From NCBI GenBank assembly GCA_963825865.1, contig CAWGVG010000014.1:64001-128000 (forward strand): a DNA stretch of 64,000 nucleotides. Direction: 5' to 3'. Source of the stretch: an uncultured Nitrososphaeraceae archaeon. GTDB lineage: Archaea; Thermoproteota; Nitrososphaeria; Nitrososphaerales; Nitrososphaeraceae. Shown one piece after another: positions 58,438 through 64,000 of the stretch (position 1 is the stretch's first letter; each line of letters opens with the position of its first letter). Under the pieces are notes generated by a model. The model worked only from the letters and a program-made list of their open reading frames with translations. It had not been told where the DNA came from and ran no database searches. Made by a program: the position numbers and the translations under genes.

Positions 58438-59486
58438 TAAATCTCTTGTGTAATTAGAAGCTTAGAGCTATATTCCTCTTCACATAGGATATCTATCTGA
58501 CAAGCTCTTTGATGTCCTATAGCAAATTATGTAAGAAACCTTTGATATTCAGGTCATTTACCGGAGTAACTGTATCTGAATTTGAATCCATTTGTAACGA
58601 AATTGAACATAACTACGAAGAGCACGAAAGAAGACGTCTTCTATCAAGGACGAGAATACGGGATATAGGTGCTGGTAGACCATTTAAGCTTAAAGTTAAA
58701 GAAAGATTCGTTATGCTTCTAGTATACTACAGATTATACATTACATATACATTATCAGGATTTCTGTTTGACCTTGATCAAAGCAATGTTTGTAGAGATA
58801 TATCAATGATGGAACCACTTATCAAGGAGTGTATTCCATTGCCAAAGAAGATATACAAACGTACTAGGAGATTAAGAACTATAGATGAAGTAGAAGAGTA
58901 TTTCCTGGATTCAAGGCTTTCATAGACTCTACAGAACAAGAAATTCCAAGACCTAAGAACAAAAGAAGAAGGAAGAGTTACTATTCAGGTAGAAAGAAGA
59001 AACATACTGTCAAGACACAATTGATGGTAAACAAGTGAAGGATTGATACTGCATAAGACAGGTCACAGAAGTGGAAGAAAACATGATTATGACATTTACA
59101 AACACAATCATTCTATAACTCCATCACAAGTTGAAAACATAGTTAATCTTGGTTATCTTGGCATTGAAAAGGACTTTCCCACTGTAAAGTCTGTACTTGG
59201 TATCAAAAAGAAAAAGGGTACATTGCTTTCATGTGATGAAAGAACTTACAACAAGAATCATTCTAGGCTAAGGATCATAGTAGAACATACCATATGTAGA
59301 ATCAAAAAGTTTGGAATAATGGGTACTAAATTTAGAAACAGATTAAGGAAGTACAATAACGTATCTGATATAATATACAGGTCTCCTGAACTTCAGAGTT
59401 ATACAGTCTGACAGCATTTCAATCTAAGAAGACGGCTAAAACAAGTAGGGTGTTAGACTATAGCTCCTAATTACGCAAGAGATCTA
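58438..59486 (+). mobile_element. IS5-family element, type B copy 2 (transposase 58509..59411, frameshifted)
   Basis: Near-identical inverted copy of 32198..33246 with the same TIRs. Confidence 0.92.
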
Positions 59487-60139
59487 CTACAAAGAAGGGA
59501 GTTCCAGTTATACTGGAGATTAAAAGTCGTATCGCTACCCATGATACGACTACAGCAAAAACAAATAGAGAAACACCTGGCTATTTTATCTCTTCTGTCC
59601 TTATTGCTTTGCTACAGGGTCGATCCACCCTTATAGATTCTAACATGGAAAAGCTGTAAAAACATATCATAGATTCCCTCACATTCTAAAAGGAAAAACT
59701 CATAGTTTCATGCATCATTTATACTCAAAATTCTGTATCAAGATTTTTAAAAGGATTTGCACATAATAACTTATTTACTAAAGAAATATCTCTTTTTTAC
59801 GCTCATGAATCAACGGACTATAATAGAACGAATCTATTGTCAATTCAAGAATCTTTGGTTAAAGTATATAATTACACAGACATGTTCTCTTGTTACAACA
59901 AGGACATTTGTTATTGCGTTGGACAATTTGACATCTTTTGTTATGTGTTTCACAAATTATTGTCCTTCTAGAATTCTCTAAATCTTCGCTTGCTATTTGC
60001 ATATAGTATGTGTTTGAACAGACAGAGGTTAATATAATGTGCTAGCTAATTTAGAGAAACCAGCTAAAAAACATCTACAAAATGTTGGATGTATTCATTT
60101 CTGCGTGTAAACTATGACTAGTTATGTTCTTGTGCGTGT

Positions 60140-61141
60140 TGCTTTGTTGCATGATTAATTATCTTGTAAGTGATACTTATTTGACCACTCACCATTTAGC
60201 TTGCTAGTATTAATTATTCTGGTATGGTTGACTGGCCTTGCTATAATGAATCACTAGTTAGGCGTGGTCAAGTACTCTTGGATTTTGATGTACTTGATCG
60301 ATGGGATCATGAATTATGTCAAATGAACCTTGGTAAGGTTGGTGAGCCCTACTGCTACCCAAATTCATTTATTCAGCTTCTAGGTTACATGAGAGCATAT
60401 TTCCATCTACCATATAGACAAACACAGGGTGTAGTCATAGCTCATGCAAGTAAAGAAGTATCAAACACACCACATTATAGTACCATTAATAGACGTATAA
60501 ACAGGCTAGAGATTAAAATCGATGAAAAATTAGGAAATGATATTGTCATTGCTTTAGACAGCACCGGCATTAAGGTCACTAATCGAGGGGAATGGATGCA
60601 CCACAAATGGCATGTCAGAAAAGGATATCTAAAGATACACATAGCAGTTGATATCGAGAAGAAAAGAATTGTATCTCTGGAGGTAACAAGTGAAGAGGTA
60701 CATGATGGTAAGATGCTAAAGAAGTTAGTAGACAATGCTTCTGAAAATAATAATCATGTGAAGGGTATATTAGCAGATGGTATGTACGACAGCAATAAGA
60801 ATTTTAGATACCTATCAAAGAACCACATTAAGCCTGGTATAAAGACAAGAAGTAATTCCAAGGTCAAGTCAACTAACTGTCATGCTAGGAATATGTCTGT
60901 AGTAAGACAACAAGCAAACCTCAAAAAATGGAAGCGTAGCGTGAGCTATGGGTACAGGTGGATAGCAGAAACAGCATTCTCTTCCATTAAAAGAACATTT
61001 GGTGAACATGTAACAGCTAGAAAGTTTCCTCACATGGTAAAAGAGATCCTCCTAAAGGCAGTCTGTATAACATGTTCAATCGAAATAACCTCACTAACGG
61101 TTTGCATAACCTAAAATCCTAATGAATTATGCAACAGAGCA
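60140..61141 (+). mobile_element. IS5-family element, type A copy 3 (transposase 60224..61114)
   Basis: TIRs TGCTTTGTTGCATGATT / AATTATGCAACAGAGCA; no TSD. Confidence 0.92.
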
Positions 61142-61331
61142 TTCATTTCGATAAATGTGATAATGTATATAGTAATTATTATTCGTAAAGTTTGAAAAAT
61201 AAAGCTACATCTATGTTGCTTAATGACCTAGATCCAGTGACGATTTGTCGCTTTATTATTACCATACTGGATAAAAGATTTCAAAAATTGTTTACGCTAT
61301 TTATGAGATATGGTTGTTTAATCATGACTGA

Positions 61332-61502
61332 ATGACTATGAAAGACTCGGATATGATGAGCTGTCCTATTGTAGGTTGTAAAGGACATTTAACAAAAAAC
61401 TATATGCTCAAACATCTGATGGCCGCCGACACAATCGTACAGATAACTGATGAATTAATCCGTAGAGAAGAAATTGAAGAACAACAACAACAACACAAAT
61501 GA
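61332..61502 (+). CDS. 56-aa small protein with a zinc-finger-like motif
   Basis: SCPIVGCKGHLTKNYMLKHLM..EEQQQQHK*, translated by hand. Confidence 0.45.
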   Translation: MTMKDSDMMSCPIVGCKGHLTKNYMLKHLMAADTIVQITDELIRREEIEEQQQQHK

Positions 61503-61800
61503 TTATTTTTATTGATACAATAAATGCAAAATTACCCGTCGTAAAAGTACATACATGCCACAGAGCATATGTTTTTTAATTAAATTTTGATTAATTGGTA
61601 GTACACTTTATACAGGAAAAGCTATTTTCCAGACGGTCTTTCCTAATAAGCTTGACATTATCAAGGGCAGGAATCGGCTAGACTGTACAAAAAAGATAGA
61701 CGAAAATGTACAATGGCCATTAAAAATTCAATAGATATGGAGCATAAAAAATTTATTAAATATTCCTTTATATATTCGTGTTTTTTATTATCTATAATGC

Positions 61801-63528
61801 TTGACACTTTTTCAAGGTAATAGCAGAGAAAAGACTGAGGTCTTGTATGGATTAGATAACATAATGAATAAAACGTTACAATTTTTATCAAAAGCCTGTA
61901 AAATAGATTCTTGTGGCGACTATAAAGCTGTTCCCGCAATTGTTGAAGTTAAAGCGTACAAGCAATTATTATCAGAAGTTAAAAGTAGAGGTATCAAAGT
62001 AAGATATATTACGGACGTTACCAAAGATAATCTCAATTATTGCAAAGAGCTCATGAATTTTGTCGACGACATTCGCCATTTAGATGGAATTAAAGCAAAC
62101 TTTTCTATCAGTGAAGCAGAATATCTTGCTTCTACAACTACAACACTGTCACCAGCACCACATATTATCTATAGTAATGTTAAAGATATTGTAAAGCAGC
62201 AGGAGTACGTCTTTGAAAGTTTTTGGAACAAGGCAGTTCCAGCTGAACAGAAAATTAGAGAAATTGAAGAAGGGATAGAACCTGAATTTTTTGAAGTTAT
62301 TGCAGAACGCAAAAAAATAAGTCAGATTTTTCTTGATCTGGCAAAATCTGCAAAGAATGAGGCCTTATTCTTATTTCCAAATGATAAAGCACTAGTAAGG
62401 GCAGACAGAGTAGGAGTCATTGACCACTTAATAAAAGCATCACAAAAAGAAAATGGTGCAAATATAAAAATTATTTGTCCTTTATCTGAAAAGAATTCTG
62501 ATATTGTAAAACGAATATCTGAACAAGCTTCATCTATCAGAATTCTCAATGGCAATGATTCTTTATATGGTATGTATATAGTTGATGAGGAGAAGCTTTT
62601 TAGGGTTGAGATGAGAGAACCACAGGCTGAAACCTTTATAGAAGCAATTGGTTTTGCTCTTTATTCTAATAGAAAAAGTACAGTGGAATCATTCAAATCA
62701 GTATTTGAATTGCTTTGGAATGAACGTATATTAAATGAAGAATTAAAAAAGGTACATAAGACTCAAAATGAGTTTATTAAAATGCAGCAAGAATTCATAA
62801 ATATAGCAAGTCATGAGATGAAGACTCCTACCCAAGCTATTTTAGGATATTCTGAGTTATTCCACCGCCATCCTGAAAGAAAAGATGAAATTATACAAGC
62901 AATCTCTAGAAATGCCATAAGACTTCAAAAATTAACACAAGATATATTAGATGTTACAAAAATTGAAAGCAACACATTAAAACTAAGCAAAGAGCAATTC
63001 AATCTAAGCGAACAAATAAGAAATTTAATAAATGATGTGAGTAAAAGTCAAATAAACGTTTCAGATAGCAGTAATACTGCCATAAAAATATTATTTGAGT
63101 CCAAAGCAAAAGAGGAAGGAGAAGGAAAACAAGATATTATCATAGAAGCCGATAAAGCTAGAATATATCAGGTTATTTCAAACCTCTTAAGCAATGCCAT
63201 TAAGTTTACTGAGATGGCAGGAGATTCTGTGTCAATTGCTGCAATAGCGCATAATGAGAATAATCAAGTTATTGTTTGTGTTAAAGATAGAGGCAGTGGT
63301 ATAGATTCTGAAATATTGCCAAGGCTATTTACAAAGTTTGCGACAAAATCCGAAAGAGGGACAGGACTTGGCTTATTCATATCAAAAAGTATTGTAGAAG
63401 CTCATGGTGGGAGAATATGGGCTGAAAATAATGTTGATAATGGCAAAGGAGCTACTTTTTACTTTAGTCTTCCATTAATCAAAAAACAAGAACAGCCAAA
63501 ATTAGAGAAAAGAACTAGCACAAAGTAA
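61801..63528 (+). CDS. Cytoplasmic sensor histidine kinase (Nitrososphaera type)
   Basis: FINIASHEMKTPTQ H-box, NLLSNAIKF, VKDRGSGI and GTGLGLFISKSIVEAHGG; duplicated TrmB/PLD-like N-terminal domains ending FESFWN / FELLWN. Confidence 0.93.
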   Translation: MTLFQGNSREKTEVLYGLDNIMNKTLQFLSKACKIDSCGDYKAVPAIVEVKAYKQLLSEVKSRGIKVRYITDVTKDNLNYCKELMNFVDDIRHLDGIKANFSISEAEYLASTTTTLSPAPHIIYSNVKDIVKQQEYVFESFWNKAVPAEQKIREIEEGIEPEFFEVIAERKKISQIFLDLAKSAKNEALFLFPNDKALVRADRVGVIDHLIKASQKENGANIKIICPLSEKNSDIVKRISEQASSIRILNGNDSLYGMYIVDEEKLFRVEMREPQAETFIEAIGFALYSNRKSTVESFKSVFELLWNERILNEELKKVHKTQNEFIKMQQEFINIASHEMKTPTQAILGYSELFHRHPERKDEIIQAISRNAIRLQKLTQDILDVTKIESNTLKLSKEQFNLSEQIRNLINDVSKSQINVSDSSNTAIKILFESKAKEEGEGKQDIIIEADKARIYQVISNLLSNAIKFTEMAGDSVSIAAIAHNENNQVIVCVKDRGSGIDSEILPRLFTKFATKSERGTGLGLFISKSIVEAHGGRIWAENNVDNGKGATFYFSLPLIKKQEQPKLEKRTSTK

Positions 63529-63715
63529 CAATAACAATGAATAATAATAAAAACTTGAGAAACAACCTCAAGGAGTGAGTGCAAACAAACTGGGAATAAA
63601 GATGACACCATATGCGATATCAAATTAGGCAACAACCCCTATCAATCAAACAGTTATTATATATAATGGCAGACAAATTAAATAAGTACATTCATAGATT
63701 TTTATCAATAACATA

Positions 63716-64000
63716 ATGAAACAAAGAGTTGAACTTGTCAGGATAAATCTAAACAAAGAACTTTGGAAGATAGATTACACTACAGGTCTTGCTAAGCACA
63801 TACGAGAAAATATAACAGTTGATAATGATAATGAAAATTCTGCTAAAGGTCAAAATAATAATAATAAAGACGGTAATAGAGAAGGCCTAATAGGATATAA
63901 TGGAGATATAACACAATATATTGAAGAAAAAGGATACACATGGGAACAATTAGACGAAGATTCAATAAAATTTAAACATGATGGCGAACTTACTCAAGAA
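63716..64000 (+). CDS. Hypothetical protein (runs off the window)
   Basis: MKQRVELVRINLNKELWKIDY... open to the end. Confidence 0.55.
   Translation, partial: MKQRVELVRINLNKELWKIDYTTGLAKHIRENITVDNDNENSAKGQNNNNKDGNREGLIGYNGDITQYIEEKGYTWEQLDEDSIKFKHDGELTQE

Noticed and set aside
59503-59552. Two hairpins (TCCAGT/ACTGGA and AGTCGTATC/GATACGACT) beside the IS end
   Set aside because: Short and single-copy, with no IS200/IS605 or other context; may be chance
500-60735. Numerous antisense ORFs in the track (e.g. 500..955, 4853..5242, 28134..28589, 33824..34255, 36458..36718, 43497..43805, 60475..60735)
   Set aside because: Shadow frames of well-supported genes on the opposite strand
4578-61141. 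55-kb inversion or composite transposon between the near-identical inverted IS5 type A copies 1 and 3
   Set aside because: The 8-bp flanks (GTATTTTT, AATTTGTT, GTGCGTGT, TTCATTTC) do not match directly or as swapped reverse complements

Overview
AT-rich archaeal DNA whose gene families point to a soil ammonia-oxidising thaumarchaeote (Nitrososphaeraceae). This is inferred from PsbP-like, NitrOD5/MEDS, Nitrososphaera-type wHTH and histidine kinase, PAC2 and pyruvoyl arginine decarboxylase genes. The window opens with grpE-dnaK-dnaJ, then runs through a heavily eroded accessory region. That region holds a surface-glycan/EPS cluster (6-18.6 kb), many IS elements (three copies of one IS5-type element, two of another, an IS6 nested inside an IS6, IS701 remnants and a MITE-like derivative), and RTX Ca-binding proteins. 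It also holds a multiply duplicated kinase-free signalling module (EamA - wHTH - NitrOD5/MEDS - multi-TM sensor), whose two main copies face each other and share a perfect 216-bp inverted repeat. Further on are an integrase/prim-pol element remnant, more housekeeping-like genes (MFS, PAC2, PQQ-type beta-propeller, SDR, nfo, histidine kinase) and two structured intergenic RNA candidates. Many genes, including dnaK and dnaJ, carry single-base frameshifts that cluster at GCWGC and GTAC motifs. These look like methylation-linked long-read consensus errors rather than true pseudogenisation. No rRNA, tRNA or CRISPR array was recognised. All family calls come from motif recognition by eye, not database searches.
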